A DNA stretch of 59,732 nucleotides, counting the filler, from Sphacelaria rigidula (Eukaryota), in NCBI GenBank assembly GCA_964200075.2. It is 5 parts of 5 records of this genome, joined end to end, with 100 filler letters (N's around TTAATTAATTAA, not from the genome) between each part and the next. Parts side by side here need not be neighbours in the genome. Positions count along the whole stretch, not along the records: positions 1 to 11,868 come from CAXNAA020004400.1; positions 11,969 to 23,835 come from CAXNAA020004401.1; 3 more parts are not named here. One strand, given 5' to 3'. The stretch's first letter is position 1. Every line of letters starts with the position of its first letter. The notes under the pieces were generated by a model. That model made no database searches. It saw nothing but the letters and a program-made list of their open reading frames with translations, and was not told where the DNA came from. The translations under genes and the position numbers were made by a program. Below, piece by piece: positions 1 to 13,278 of this stretch.

Positions 1-1044
1 ATTCATTCACTGATTGACCGCTTTTCACTCTCAATCGTATCATCTACTCTCAATCTCACGAAAACACTGCATACTGTAGAGTCGCGTTGGCGTTGCCGCA
101 CGAGTGAGATTGATCCTGTACAGTCGCGTTGCCCCAAGAGTGAGATTGATCCCGTTTCTACGCTAGAGCCAGATCTTCCTACTACTGTAGAGTCGTCCCC
201 AATTCCCACTCAGTCTGATTCCTCGCGTGCTACGGTAGAGTCTTCACCGACAAATGCCCGGCCTGTTCGCGACGAGTCTGAATCCCCGTATTCTACTGTA
301 GAATATTCACCGGCACATCATGCGCACGATCTTACTGTAGCGTCCCGTTCCCGTACTCGGGAAGTTGATTCTTGTAGTGAGCCCGCGAGTAAGGAAAGTG
401 ATATTTTTGACTCTCCCCCCAGTGCTGGCTCATGCCACTATTCCGCCGGAGGCGTTGTGTCTTCCACCCTCGTCTTCTTTGTCCAGCCTGCTTCAGCTAC
501 AAATGTTTTGTCTGGCGCCTCAGGTCTTGGTATCCAGTCTGGTTCCCCGGCAAGTGCTGTATATTTTGTGCGGTCTGTTCCGCGTATACAGCTTCTGCAA
601 CCACCGCCGATTCCGCTTAACGACAGGGGGGTTTATGGAGCAAGTACCGTCGCCGACCCGCCGGCATCGTCTCAGCCGCTGATCAACGAGGTAAAACCCG
701 AGCCGCCACCGCCACCGTTGTTTTTCCATCATACTGTCTCGCCGCCGTCACGGCGCATCGTCGCTCCACCATCATACCATACTCCCCCACCGCCGAACCA
801 ACACCAACACATTTCTACCGCTACTGCGCCGCCGTTACCATCATTTCCGCCCGCCGCTGCGCCGCAACACATGTATCTTCCCATAACCACTACGCCGCCG
901 CCACCATATGCATTCACCCCTGCGCCACTACAACCATATTTTTCCCCAAGCTCGAGTCCGACACGACTAATGCCAACACCACTGTTGTCACCACCGACAC
1001 AATCGGCAACACATTTTAATGCGTGGCGTCGTCGGCGCCGGTGA
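1..1044 (+). CDS. 5'-truncated Ser/Thr/Pro-rich ORF (at least 347 codons), function unknown
   Basis: Frame 1 is open from base 1 (IHSLIDRFSLS...TVESS...) through the tracked 457..1044 ORF to its TGA. It has repeated TVES motifs and a Pro-rich C-terminal half. No recognisable domain; could be TE-derived. Confidence 0.3.
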   Translation: MHSLIDRFSLSIVSSTLNLTKTLHTVESRWRCRTSEIDPVQSRCPKSEIDPVSTLEPDLPTTVESSPIPTQSDSSRATVESSPTNARPVRDESESPYSTVEYSPAHHAHDLTVASRSRTREVDSCSEPASKESDIFDSPPSAGSCHYSAGGVVSSTLVFFVQPASATNVLSGASGLGIQSGSPASAVYFVRSVPRIQLLQPPPIPLNDRGVYGASTVADPPASSQPLINEVKPEPPPPPLFFHHTVSPPSRRIVAPPSYHTPPPPNQHQHISTATAPPLPSFPPAAAPQHMYLPITTTPPPPYAFTPAPLQPYFSPSSSPTRLMPTPLLSPPTQSATHFNAWRRRRR

Positions 1045-2174
1045 AACGGAGCGGGGGGCCGGTGACGATGGGTTGTAGCAGGGAAGTGATGCCGGTGGAG
1101 TGGAGCAAGTGTGAGGTGCCGGTTCGTTGGATGGAGGAGAGGGGCGCGTGACCATGGAAGAATGCAGAAATCCGGAGATGGATTTTGAAGGATGTTATAC
1201 TCCGAATGTAGCCATGCGAACCAAGTGTTTATTTGTTGACCTCTTCTGCTTGATGGTAGATTCATGCATTGAATAGTTTGAGTTTGAGTGAAAGCGCGGT
1301 GATGTGACTACTGTCCACTGCAATGATTCGACTAGTGGCCATCAGGTTTGCAACAGTGATTGAAATGCATAACGAGGATATTTTAGGATTTGTTGGGGAC
1401 AATTTTTGGTAAAAATGGCTGGCCCGCTCCTGGACCGCGTGAAACTCCAGGCTTATGGCTGTCATCTTGAGTGGGGATCGCGGTATTATGCTTTGTTCTG
1501 TTTCATATATTTAACCACAGTTTGATTTGAGTTCGATCGTTGTGATTCATTCTCGGTTTTTGAGTATCATCGAGATACCAACATAGTTCGAACTTGAGCC
1601 TTGCCTGGGTATGGAGGTAGAACGATGTATACTATATCCAATATGCTACCATAGTCCGAGTTAAGTTCGATTGTGGTGATTCAGTCTCGGTTTTCATCAT
1701 CACCGAAATGACGACCTGGTGGGAATCTTCCCTTTATCTGAGTTTGATTTTCGACACGATATTCAAGTGTTTCCACCCATTCGCTGTTGCCACGAAAACG
1801 TTCAAGGGGTCGATCGATTTGACAACATTAACTTTTTATGTATCATGGGACATGACGGATCCTCTTTGCTTGACTAAAGTTATTGATCTTGAATTTCGGG
1901 TCATACTTTTCTGCAATATGTTGGAAAAACACGTCCCGAGATTTGACATTTTATGCTCCCGAAAAAATGTGGAGGTAATATGGTGAGGGGGCCATATAAT
2001 GTAGAAGGTAATTTTCCTTGATAATTTTGGTTTTTTCCTTTTCGAGTCTTCCCTGTGTCCCGGAATTTGTGTCGTGAGAACATGTCTGATTTCATGGGAT
2101 GAAATCAAGATTTTTCTGTGTGATATGAAGAGGATTGGGCCTCGACAAGGGGGGTTAACTGAATATTGGCGAGA

Positions 2175-2445
2175 TAAACACTAGTGCGACACTTCCTACG
2201 ATAGCCCCCCCCAAAAAGTGCACGGTTTTGGGAGGCGAAATCTTCACGTAAATCGAAATGAGAAAAGCCGAGCACAATGAGAAGCTGAAAATTCCCACAC
2301 TTGGGTTCGTTCTAGCCAATATCGCCATTATGAGGCGCTTCATGCAGTCTGAACCCGAACAGCAGGCGTTGTATGGTCATTTTTTTAATGACATTTTAAG
2401 CTGGTTTTGGGGAGGGGCTATCGTAGAAAGTGCCGTGCATGTTTA
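2175..2445. mobile_element. MITE family A, copy 1
   Basis: TIR tgcgacacttcctacgatagcccccc ... ggaggggctatcgtagaaagtgccgtgca, with TA at both outer ends. The internal sequence is homologous to 46875-47116. Confidence 0.7.
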
Positions 2446-5400
2446 CGTGGTATAATTCAGGTACATGCGGGGCAGGCTGATGGTATATCATGGGTACCGG
2501 ATATTTCGTGCGGTATCGGATTTTGTCTTGATGACTGGATGTATGACATATCAGGGGACCCACCGTGCAGTCATGCCCTCCGATTACATTCTTGTTGTTG
2601 GTGTGTTGTGGTACTGCATTTCGGTGAGAGAGAGCAGCTCTGGCGGAGCTTGCACGGTTGATGTTTGGTGAGTGAAGGGTATAAGCGATGAATATAACAA
2701 GTGTTACTGCACATCCCCCTGTCCAGAGCACGTCCTCTAAGATGCGCTCATTTGTTTCATTTAAGCACAACACCTGTCTTCGTAAGTCGCAGGGGACGAT
2801 AACTACACAGAAATGATAGAGAGCTAACGAAATCGTCTTGTCTACACAGAGACGCATAGAGTGGAGCGGGGTTCACACTGTGAGCTGAGATCGGTATAGA
2901 AAAACCCGAAACAGGATCATGCTTAGTGTAGGATCTGCGGCAGATTCAGCGTTTTACCTGTCACCTATGGTCTCAAGACGCGACATTGATTTGTTTCATG
3001 CTGCAGACACCGATACCCGCAAAACAAACATAGAATAGCTCAAAAAACCGTTTCGCATGAAAAAAGATGCATCGGGTGGAGCGATATTTGCACTGTGAGC
3101 TGAGACCATCTGTCGAAAGTTAATTGATGAAGGGGTGGCCCTCGTCAACAAAACAACACATACCGCGGACCCTCATTTTGAGGTATATTTCTAAAATGAG
3201 ATTCAACTGACATATCGTCTTTGCAGGGATGACGCAAAACAGTTACACAGAGCAAAACCTTCCCCCTAGAACTCTGCAGCAGTGAAGCAGTTGTGTCTAG
3301 GTGCACTGAAAGAATGCGGCGTACACGCGTGTCGATGACGATATCACCAGAGAGAGAAGCAAGGACAGAGAGGAAGCTCCTCGCCCGTGTCCTTTGTGTG
3401 TCCTCGCTCGGCGATTACCAATCGCCCGAGAGACTGGCATCATGCATGTTACCAGCATGTACCCAATTTCTCATATGCCGGTAGGCATGTCATTATGTTG
3501 CTGCGCACAGCTCCCCGAAGAACACCGAGCTGCGGAGAGATCTCGTCTCTTCTTGTCTGTAGAGCTCACCGATGCGAAGATCGATTTCTCTCTGCCTCTC
3601 TTTTTGGACAGGACGCGCCTCTGTGCGCTGAAAAACATGCCGTTGAAAAACAGGGCAATGTTCTCGTCACGGCTACTGTTCCCTGTCACACACATGCTAG
3701 CACTGGCGGTGCTGCGGCAATAACGAATAGATTCAATTTGAACTTGAAGGGTGGTATTCATCGTTGATTTTACCCGGCTTGTATGTGACCATGTAGGTGC
3801 CCGACCACAAGAGCGTGCGACACGCCAGTTGGGAGGGGGTGTATGAGAAATCAAACAATTATTGTGGAGACCTTTTTGACATGCGGAGTGAAATACGATA
3901 CCTGTGGCGATGACCTAACTGTTGCTAGCGTGGTGCAGGTGGGTGCGTCCATGCTGCAATCTCAAGCACACACTTGCTGCGTGAACACCTTGATAAAGTA
4001 GCTTTCAGGAACTCATTCAGTTATGACGAGGCCATGCATTACAACGTGGGGCGAGATGTTGCCTCACGACGAACAAGATTGCCCAATGATGAAGCACTTT
4101 TTGTTGCATGTGACACACACGCCATCAACTGGCGACCACAAGGGTTTTATAGCTTGTAAGCAACGATGGCGGCAGTGCGGCAGGGAACCCGATCAATGCT
4201 AGCCTTCGTCGCTCTAAACAAACCTGACTCGAGTTTCCTCGACTAATCCGACGAACAGGGCCTGTCTCTGCATCTCGTCATCATGAGCAATTCTGGGAAG
4301 CCTTGGATGGTTCTGATTTCATTCATCACGATGACGTCGACTCCAGTATCGGGAGGACGGTACATTTCAACAATCAGATCATCTAGACAATCACATGATC
4401 CAGGAAGCAATACTAGTCGCCGGATAGGCATACAGCTTCAACTTTTGTCATTTGATATTATTTTCAGTTCTACTGTGCCTAAGCCCCGAGTCTCTTTCCA
4501 GATGCCCCGAACGCACAAAACAAATAGAAGTCGATATACCCCCCGCGCTAGGCTGTATGTGTGCTGAAGCCGGGTTGTTCTTGTTTTCTTCCGAGAGGGG
4601 TGTAGAAGTGCATTTACGGTCCGCACTTTGCAGGAAAATCCGCTGAGAGGCGTGGACTACGGGTACGGGACTAATTGGTACTTAGTGGTCGCGCCGTTGA
4701 GATACTCAAGATTATGGGAGTGAACGAGAGAGAAACCAGCCCTCGGGGATGACTCGCGACCCCTCCCCCCTCCTCTTCTGAATCGCATGGAATTTTGGGA
4801 GTGGTGCATTTACCATCACTAACCACGTCACAAAAGTCAAGAATTACGCATCCTCTCTCCTCTGCGGAAGCTCCGTCTCTCCGAAAAACAACGTTTTTGA
4901 TTGGCTGGAACTGTCGTATAGCAATTCCTCAAACGTTCAGCACCTTGAATTTCCTCTGATCCAAATTCTTAGTGGTTCTACCCCCACCGCACCCCCCCCC
5001 CCATCTCCACCCCCCCCCCGACTTACACCACTCTCAGACACCATAAAACNNNNNNNNNNGCCCCCCCCCCCCCCCCCCGATGAGTCGACAAGACGGAAGC
5101 CATTGGGGCGAAGTCTGAAACGAGCTAGCCGGAACTCAAATAATAGTTCGGGAATGTGGCGAACAAACAATCTACAAAAACTTAACTTTTCTACATTCTC
5201 AGACGTATGTCAGTGTCTCAGCGAATGCAAAAAGCTGTGTTCCACACTCTTGATTCTGCGAGGTACCAGGAGTAACCAAGCTCGGAAGTAGCACCTAATG
5301 AACTCAATTCACTCGGGATGACCTTGACCAGTGCTGGAATGAGAACGGCTGATGAGAAAAAAGGAGCGATTGTTCGGCTCCAAGTCGTCCTCATTGAGTC

Positions 5401-6408
5401 TGGAAATCGTTGACATTCAAGACTCGAGGCATCACGACAAATGCGGGAAAGCCGCACAAGATGGCACAACCCATACGATTTTCTTCGGAACACCACGGGG
5501 AAGCTGATTTGAGACGGACGACTTGTCCTGAAGAATAGTGACTGACGTAGCCTGAGAAAAACGAATGAATCAAAAGATGGGGACGAATCTGAGTTGAGTG
5601 TCACGATTATTCGGTTTTGTGGTCGTCGTGAATTGTTTTCCAAACCCTCCAGTCGTGATCACGAGATAGGCACACCTAAGGTGAACGTGAACAAACTGGG
5701 AACGCTTGCTAAAGGAACCCTCGATGAATGGCAGACGGCAAAAAGAAGAGGATACGATGAAGCATGTGAGCCAAAACGTGGAAATTAGGATGAAACATAG
5801 AACCAAACGGGAAAGGGAAGGCAACGGAAGGGAAGGCAACAGAAAAAAAGAAAATACGCCAACCCAAGTCAAGTACTGTGGCGAACACAAACAGAATTGA
5901 TACACAAACACAAGAAATGACCGGAACCTGCTGCACGCGCTCGGTTTACGATGCCGTACGAAAACAGTTTCATCGGGAAAATCTTGACGAGCACACCTCA
6001 AGTTGACCTCCTGAATTACGGCAGAATGTGGGCGAGTAGAGTCCCAGCCGTCACGACTAACCCAGTAAAAATGGCGAGAATTTGACTCGGCTCTCTGATC
6101 AAAGATGAGGACGACGGTCGAACCCGATGCTCTTTCGCGATTCTTGTGCCCTTAGCCATCTGCCGAGATTTTGAATGAGTTCGGATACGCTATACTTTTA
6201 GGGTCGTGAATGTTCCGCAATTGAAGGCCAGCGCATCACCGCACTCTGCCATAGCTTTGGGGTGACTGACAGGAAATCGTCCATTGTGCTCACTATCGTC
6301 ATGATTTTTACTTATCCAGCCATCCGCAGAAGGAGACGGGCTGAGTCTTCGACTCCACGTCAACAGGTTTACAAGGTCTACCCGTTGGACCACAGGGGCG
6401 AGGCGACA

Positions 6409-6677
6409 TCACGGTGTGCTCCCAGATTACACACGCGGGATTTTACAAATTGGGGATGGATTTTATATCGAGGATAAAACCCCCGGAAAATGAAATCTTC
6501 GTATCCACAACAAAAATTTGAAACATAGTTCCACTCCTTCACCTACTGGTTGCTTTTGAAAACTACTACATGCAATACAAATGTGAATCCTGATAACCGG
6601 TATGTTGGGGCTCTAGGTGAAAAAGAAGTATTGAGGAATTTAGATGATCAGATCAGATCACCGAAATTCTTCAAAAT
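6409..6677. mobile_element. Single-arm copy of foldback MITE family B
   Basis: Aligns by eye to the left arm of 12041-12495 and 13279-13692 (aaatcttcgtatccac, ccttcacctactg, ctaggtgaaaaa). Confidence 0.7.
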
Positions 6678-6864
6678 GGGTACGAGCTGGGCCAGCTCAA
6701 AAGCTGTTAAAACTTGCGCACACCACAGCGTTCCAAGTTTCCCGAATGAACCCGATGTAAGCATATCACTGTGAAGTGTAGATCAACCTGGTGACACACG
6801 ACACCGCCGCTGATTTTCTTTTTTTCAATGTACCGGATAATGTATAACCTTAACGACGGACGAA

Positions 6865-6941
6865 AAAAAAAAGAGAATCTATGGGGCTCGAACTCATGAC
6901 CTCCATAACTGGAGTCTTCCATCACTCGATCTATAGGGGTG
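6865..6941 (-). pseudogene. tRNA-like Pol III head (SINE or pseudo-tRNA)
   Basis: Minus strand reads tagatcgagtg...gagttcgagccccatagattctctttttttt: B-box GTTCGAGCC followed by oligo-T. No full cloverleaf evident. Confidence 0.4.
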
Positions 6942-7111
6942 CAGCAGCGTCATGGGAAATGTTGAACGCATGGCCCAATTCGACGACTCTTGAGCTGCAA
7001 TTCGAGGAAGACGTTCTACACCCAAGGAACTGATACTTCACGTGTCCAGCTGCAGATTCTCATCTTTTTCCTGGGCTCATGACATTATCGTGTTTTTGCT
7101 AAAATTTCAAA

Positions 7112-7469
7112 TGTAAGGAGGACGTATCCAAAGGGGGGACAGACTAAGGAAGCGGCTGTCCCAAGAGATTTCGTCCTGATGCCGAAGGAACTCCGAAGCT
7201 GAGGATGATTCCCTCTTATGACATGTAGGCAAAAAGTTGGGTCAGACACAGTGGTCGCTGGAGGCGACCAGCTCCTCGGGGGTGTTGGACCGTCCTGAAT
7301 ATTAGGCTCTTCCTGGCATCACCCCGAGTTGTCTAGTTTCGTTGGCATTACAGAGTCCTCGGGAATCTGGTCCATTCGCACCGTTCCCACTTGTACCTGC
7401 TTGCTCTGGCTCTTTATACACGTGTGACATCAGTCTCTGATATGTTACGGTAAAGAGGTATTCCTGACA
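7112..7469 (-). repeat. 3' LTR of the Gypsy element (~358 bp)
   Basis: Minus strand: polypurine tract AAGGGAGGGGA plus TA (7470-7482) directly precedes TGTCAGGA. The other end is TCCTTACA (plus strand tgtaagga at 7112), a 7/8 terminal inverted repeat with TG...CA ends. Confidence 0.7.
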
Positions 7470-8265
7470 TATCCCCTCCCTTGATGCGCCTGAAGCCCAT
7501 CGAGGCTATGGCTGGTGCGCGAGGCGATCATCAGCGTCGCTGATGATATAATCATGGGAATATCCTTGAGTGACTCTCATTGATTGAGTCACGCCACCAC
7601 TACTCGCAAAGGCAACCCTTCTCTACTCTGTTGTATTGAGCAAACAACTCCAGTAAATTTTAGCTACCTGTGATCTGTAGTAGTGCATGTATTGTAAACC
7701 CTCTTCATTTTGGTTTTTTGTCATGTAGTTGTCATCTGTGACACGTTTCCATCAGATGTATTTGAATTTAGGTGCTAGTTGCATCTGCTGGTCTACATGA
7801 CTGGGCACTGGGACAATGATCGATCCCCGGGTGCCTGGGCTATTCACACCCGGGTGCTGGGACGCCTTCGGTTCCTCTGACACCTGCGTGGGACTACGTC
7901 GTTGCGTTAGTAAGAAATCTGTCGATACGATGTTTTCGGTCTGTGAGCATTGTGGTGTTGTCTAAACATCCCAAAAATGGCCTTTCCTTCCTGTCAGCAA
8001 CTACCTCCATTGCTGAGAGGGGATCTTCCTTGTGGAGTTTCATCTCCGCCACCGCTGACATGTCAGATCTCCTTCTCTTCATGTCCGTATTGTTCTAACG
8101 TTGTTGACTATCATTAGTTTCCGAGTTTTGACCGCGGCTACTGCTCAACCATTTGAGCGCGTTGCTAGGACGCTCGCACAGTCTGTTGAACAGTCACATC
8201 CGTTTTTGTTTCCCTGTAGTCTTGGATTTCGAGTCCGGATGTGAGCGTTCGGCTAACCCATTGTC

Positions 8266-9716
8266 ATGACGGTACTTATCAATGAGATGTCTGCATTGCG
8301 GTATTTCATCCGCGCGGTAGATCACGTCAGCCGCTGGGCCGTAACCTTTGAGTTTCAACCGATATTAATAGTTATGGCTACTCCTCCGACCTGGGCCTGG
8401 CGCGTAACCTACCACTTTTTCGACGGTGTAGCGTTCTATTGTGAGCAATGTTCCGTCCGGTTGGTCTATCTCTGGTAGAGGTATCTGTTTACCTAAGAAC
8501 GACTCGCTCAACTTGTCAAAGTCTGGTGCTGGTGCGGTTTCTCGTGGGTGATATTTCTTCAAATGAGCGAGATGTACTGGCGTTTCCTTAGAGCCGTCGC
8601 CTATTTTAATTTTGTATACAACCGGCGATTGCCTCTCGGTTATCGTGAATGGACCTCTCCATGGCAACTGTAGTTTGGGATTCGGCCCTTCTGAGTCTTG
8701 ATACGGTCGATACAGAAGTACGTTTTGCCCCAGTTTGAATACTGGGAAATATTTGAGTTTGTTTTTGTTTTCTTGCTCGTTCGCTTTTTTTCGTAAGGCT
8801 TGTCTCGCGATTTCGGAACCAAACTGTAGGTTTTCCCGTGTTTCTTTGGCAAACTCTCCGGGTGTCGCCGCTCGGCTCTCTTCTGGTATGCCGAGAATCA
8901 TATCAACTGGCAACCTGGGCTGTTTTCCAAACAACAGAAAATACGGTGTCTCTTGTGCTGTGTTATGATAAGAAGTGTTGTACGCCATTTGGACGAATGA
9001 AAGCATGGATGCCCAGTTTTTGTTTCCGACTGACATATGCATCGCTAACATGGCGTGCATAGTGGAGTGGACGCGTTCCGACACTGAGTTGCCTTGCGGA
9101 CGTAGTGGTTTCGTACGTGTTTAATCGAAACCTAACTGCCGTTGCAGTGCGTATATTAATTTGTTCTCGATCTCGGCTCCCTGATCGCTGTGAAGCCTAA
9201 TTGGGTTGCCAAATGTTGAAAACATCTATCGATAAGGGTTTTGGCTATCGCCGTGGCTTGTTCATTCGCGACTGGAATGAGCAAGGCATACCTTGTGAGG
9301 TGGTCCATCACTGACAATACGTATTTACATAGTACTCCGGTGTTGGACATTGAAGCCGTTTTGTATCCAACCAGGTCAACCGACACTCGTTCATCTGGCC
9401 TTTCTACCGGAACGTGTCCCATTGACAATTTTTGCCGGCGGGGCGTTTTTCGGCGTTGGCAGTTTTGACATTTCAAGCACCAATCCTTTATATCGCGATT
9501 CATTGATGGCCAATAATACTTCGGTCGGATCTTGTCGTGTGTTCGCTTGAATCCTAAATGGCCCCCGGATAGTGCATGGTCGTGGTACGAATGTAGCACC
9601 AAACCTATTAGGATCTTAGGTAGCACTAGTTGGTGACGAACTGTGCTTCGTTTTTTCAATTGTCCTGGCAAATAAGACTTTAACAAAATCCCGCCATGTA
9701 CTGAATAATATGACAT
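8266..9716 (-). pseudogene. pol: Gypsy integrase (HHCC zinc finger, core, GPY/F motif) plus chromodomain-like tail
   Basis: HSYHDHALSGGHLG...CQNCQRRK; VMDHLTRYA; AYNTSYHNTAQETPYFLLFG; WRGPFTI. Reading through the stop at 8365 gives YTVEKVVGY...Y*YRLKLKGYGPAADVIYRADEIPQCRHLIDKY. Confidence 0.92.
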
Positions 9717-10029
9717 CGATGTGAGCGATTCTTTTTCTGGTATCAGAGCATCCTTTTCCGTGATATATTGGATGTAGGGTCCGTACTCTAGTGCTTGCTC
9801 TTCTCGAATCTGCTGCGGTTGATCAACGTGAGGACGTTTGCTGTGCTTACGTGTACTGATTTCATGGTGAACAACTCTCGATCACTCTGCACCGGTTTCA
9901 AATTTTCGAGCTTTTCAGCTGAAATCTGGAACTGATGTTGTGGCTTAGCTATTTGTAACTCAGGATTTCTGGGACTTTACGGCATATCGGCGCAAGCAAC
10001 GGCTTGATCTCTGCTTCCTGTCGCTTTTA

Positions 10030-11863
10030 GAACGCGAACAGCCGTGAGAGGGTGTCCGGTATAACATGAAGGTTCCCCGGTTTATGTTTGACCGTGAAAT
10101 CATACGATTGCAATGCAATCGCCCATCGGGTCAACATATTAATTGTATCCTGCATCGCATAGAAATATCGAAGAGCGGCATGGTCTGTTACACACGTAAA
10201 GTGATGTCCTCAGAGAAACACTCTGAAATAGTCGATCGCTAGTACGACCGCGTAACATTCTTTCATGGTGGGCGAATAGTGGGCCTGGGCGTCGTTGAAA
10301 CGTTGACTGAAGTATGCTACGATTGCCTCGTCTTCGCCTTTCCTTTGAGAAACGTAGGCCCTGGCCCCACGGTCTGAAGCATCAACGTTTATGATGAAGT
10401 ATTTCGTGAAATCTGGAAAATGAAGGACGGGTGCCTCAGTCATGAATCCTTTTATTTTCTCGAAGGCTTCATCATGTTCAGTATTCCAGAGTTTCGACAC
10501 TTGTTTTGCCGCTCCTTTTTTTTGTGAGATCTACCAGTGGTGCTATGGTTGTAGCCAAGCCTGGTAAGAATTTCCGTACGAAATATATTGTACCGAGTAC
10601 TGCTCTCAACGTTTTGATATTGGTGGGTTTCGGCAAGTCGAGGATAGCTTTTATTCTTTCATCACTCACTCTGATGCCATCTGCGGACAGTACATGGCCC
10701 AAGTATTTGATCTTCTCTGGACCAAATTGGATTTTTGTCGGCTTCAGTGTGAGGCCTGCTGTCTGTAGTGCTTTGAACGTGCTTTCTAGTAGAGTGAGAT
10801 GACTCTCCCAGCTTGATGAACAACGAATTATGTCATCCATGTACACTAGTAAGCCACTCTTAGGTCCGAAGTGTGCAAATGCTAGTCCCATTATGCGTGA
10901 GAAAATAAAAGGTGAACACGCGAAACCAAATGGTAACCGGTTGAACACCCATTTCCCTCTTTGAGTTACAAACGCTGTTTTCTCTTTTTCGCATTCCGCC
11001 ACTGGTATCTGGTGGAACGCACTTTGAACATCGCAAACTGTTACGAATTTCGCCCCTGCTACTGTGTCTACGTGGCTTTCGATGGCTGGCATGGGCCATG
11101 ATTTGCTAATCAAGTTTTTATTTGTCGTTGCTCAATATTCTACGCAAAATCGTGCTGTTCCGTCTGCTTTCGCGACTGTTGTAACCGCTGGTCCCCACAG
11201 GCTTGAGCGTTGTTCGACTATACGATATTTTCCCGTCTGGTCGACGCATTTGTCGATTGCGTCTTGCACTCTGGGGTTTGCTCTATATGGTGCTCGGTCT
11301 ACTGGCTGAGTCCCAGGTTTGAGCGGAAAGCGTGCTTCATCTAACGTACAACAGCCCAACTCCTGCGGAGTAAGAGAAAATACAGAACGGTATTTTGCGC
11401 AAAGATCCGGTATTTGAGAGCACTGTTGCGGAGGGACAGTCGTATTTTCGAAAGCTTTGCGTAAAGCTGGATGTAATTCCTCTTTCGCATCTTCTCTGAC
11501 ACACTTATTTCGCGCCATTGCACTGACTGTAGCTGGTTTTGTTATTCGTACTGGGGTGATATAGCTTAAAATCGTATCACGTTTCAGGTTCACATGTCGA
11601 TTCGACGGATTGGCGATTTGTACCATTGCCGTCTTATTTGTTGCCGACCATGTGCACACCGTCCTTGCAACGATGATACGCGTGAACGCTTGGGGCACAT
11701 GGGTTGATCGAATGTCTTCTTCGGTTATAATGCGTGGCTCCACGACGGCTGCTGTTGTTCTTGACGGGGTGTTTTCCGTTTCAACTAATACTGCCATCTC
11801 ACTCTGCGGGGGCACATTGCATTTCTTCGTGAGAAAAACTGGAACAGCGTTTGAACAGTTCAC
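10030..11863 (-). pseudogene. pol: Gypsy reverse transcriptase and RNase H, frameshifted
   Basis: DVQSAFHQIP, RLPFG, YMDD, KYLGH, INVDASD, YSPTMKECYAVV, then TDHAALRY...LTRWAIALQSYDFTVKHKPG (10030-10210). Confidence 0.95.
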
Positions 11864-11868
11864 ACTGA

Positions 11869-11968
11869 NNNNNNNNNNNNNNNNNNNNNNNNNNNNNNNN
11901 NNNNNNNNNNNNTTAATTAATTAANNNNNNNNNNNNNNNNNNNNNNNNNNNNNNNNNNNNNNNNNNNN
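11869..11968. other. Artificial contig-joining linker (N44-TTAATTAATTAA-N44)
   Basis: Identical 100-bp linkers at 23836-23935, 35803-35902 and 47768-47867. TTAATTAATTAA has stops in all six frames. Confidence 0.97.
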
Positions 11969-12040
11969 AGGTCAATGGTCTTATGACTATGGCAAGCATG
12001 ATCATGAGTACACCCCCCCCCGGGCAACTGAACGAAGAGT

Positions 12041-12495
12041 ATATAACACGGGATCTTGCAAATTATTGGGAATGGATCTTTTATTGGGGATGAGAAACCC
12101 GAACAATTAAAATCTTCGTATTCACATCAAATCTTCGAAATATGGTTCCATTTCTTCACCTACTGATATCTATTGACAACCGCTACATGCCATAGAAATT
12201 TGGATTTCGATCACCGAAATGTTGAGGTCCTAGGTGAAAAACTAATTTTGAGGAATTTCGGGTGTCCGAACGGACGCCAAAATGGTTCCGAAATTGGTTT
12301 TTCACCCAGGACCCCAACATTTTGGTGATCGAAATCCAAATTTCTATGGCGTGTAGTAGTTTTCAATAGCTATCTGCAGGTGAAGCAATGAAACCATACT
12401 CGAAGATTTGGTGCGGGATAAGAATATTTTAATTCTCCGGGTTTCTCATCATCAATAAAAGATCCATCCCCAATTTGTAAGATCGCGTGTTATAT
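12041..12495. mobile_element. Foldback MITE family B, full-length, TA-flanked
   Basis: atataacacgggatcttgcaaat ... atttgtaagatcgcgtgttatat. Imperfect arms of ~210 bp around a short spacer near 12255-12290. Confidence 0.85.
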
Positions 12496-13278
12496 GCTAT
12501 CAGGAAAGGAAACTCAACTCCAATAAGAAGGACAGAAGGCAGAAGAATGAATGTAGTATGTATTAGGCAAAAGAGTTGCTCGAGGCTTGCGCTTAGGATA
12601 TCTTGTCGAACAGGGATTCTTATTGCGTGCTAATGGATTCCTATCGCTGCGCTCACCTCGCATGAGGGTGGGAGACAAACGGGCTATTGAAGGAAAGTAG
12701 GGGCGTATTTTTTTTTCGTATTTGCTCGACTCAAGATATTCAAGCAGCAGTATCGTTTCGTCGCCGCGTGTAGGTGTTGCGCGGAGAGACGTCGTATCTG
12801 AACACATGTCATACTTTGAAGTACTTGGTGACGTTGTTTGCGTCCGTACTCGCAAATGCACGGGTCTGTGTCGTTGCGTGCAATGGGTAATTGCAGGGTA
12901 TGCTATCACGACATGACGTTTCCATCACGTCCATCGATCAAGGCGACGCCGCGGGTCCCGTCTGGATACTGGTGCTCAGTCCTACCGCCCCAGAGCCACT
13001 CGTTTCGGCCGTCGTAAGCATGCCCCTCAGCGAGCGTACGCACGGGTGACGATCGAGTTTTAGCTGAAAAACCGATGCGGACAGAACGTAGCGCCGTTTG
13101 TTTCATGATGATCAAATAGTTTTACTGTTTTTCATGGAAGGGAAAAGTGCGCCTGCAGATATCTTTCTTTCTCTTCTCCACACTGAGTTATTGGTACTAC
13201 AGAGCTCCCGACCGCTTCCTGCCGGAGGTGAGATTCGCCAGACGATGGTGTCCTGTCGAGAAAAACAAACAAATAATC

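Larger units (their letters stand above)
7112..11868 (-). mobile_element. Ty3/Gypsy LTR retrotransposon with C-terminal chromodomain, decayed, 5' part lost at contig end
   Basis: Domain order RT-RNaseH-integrase-chromodomain, then PPT and LTR. Several frameshifts and stops. Confidence 0.95.
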
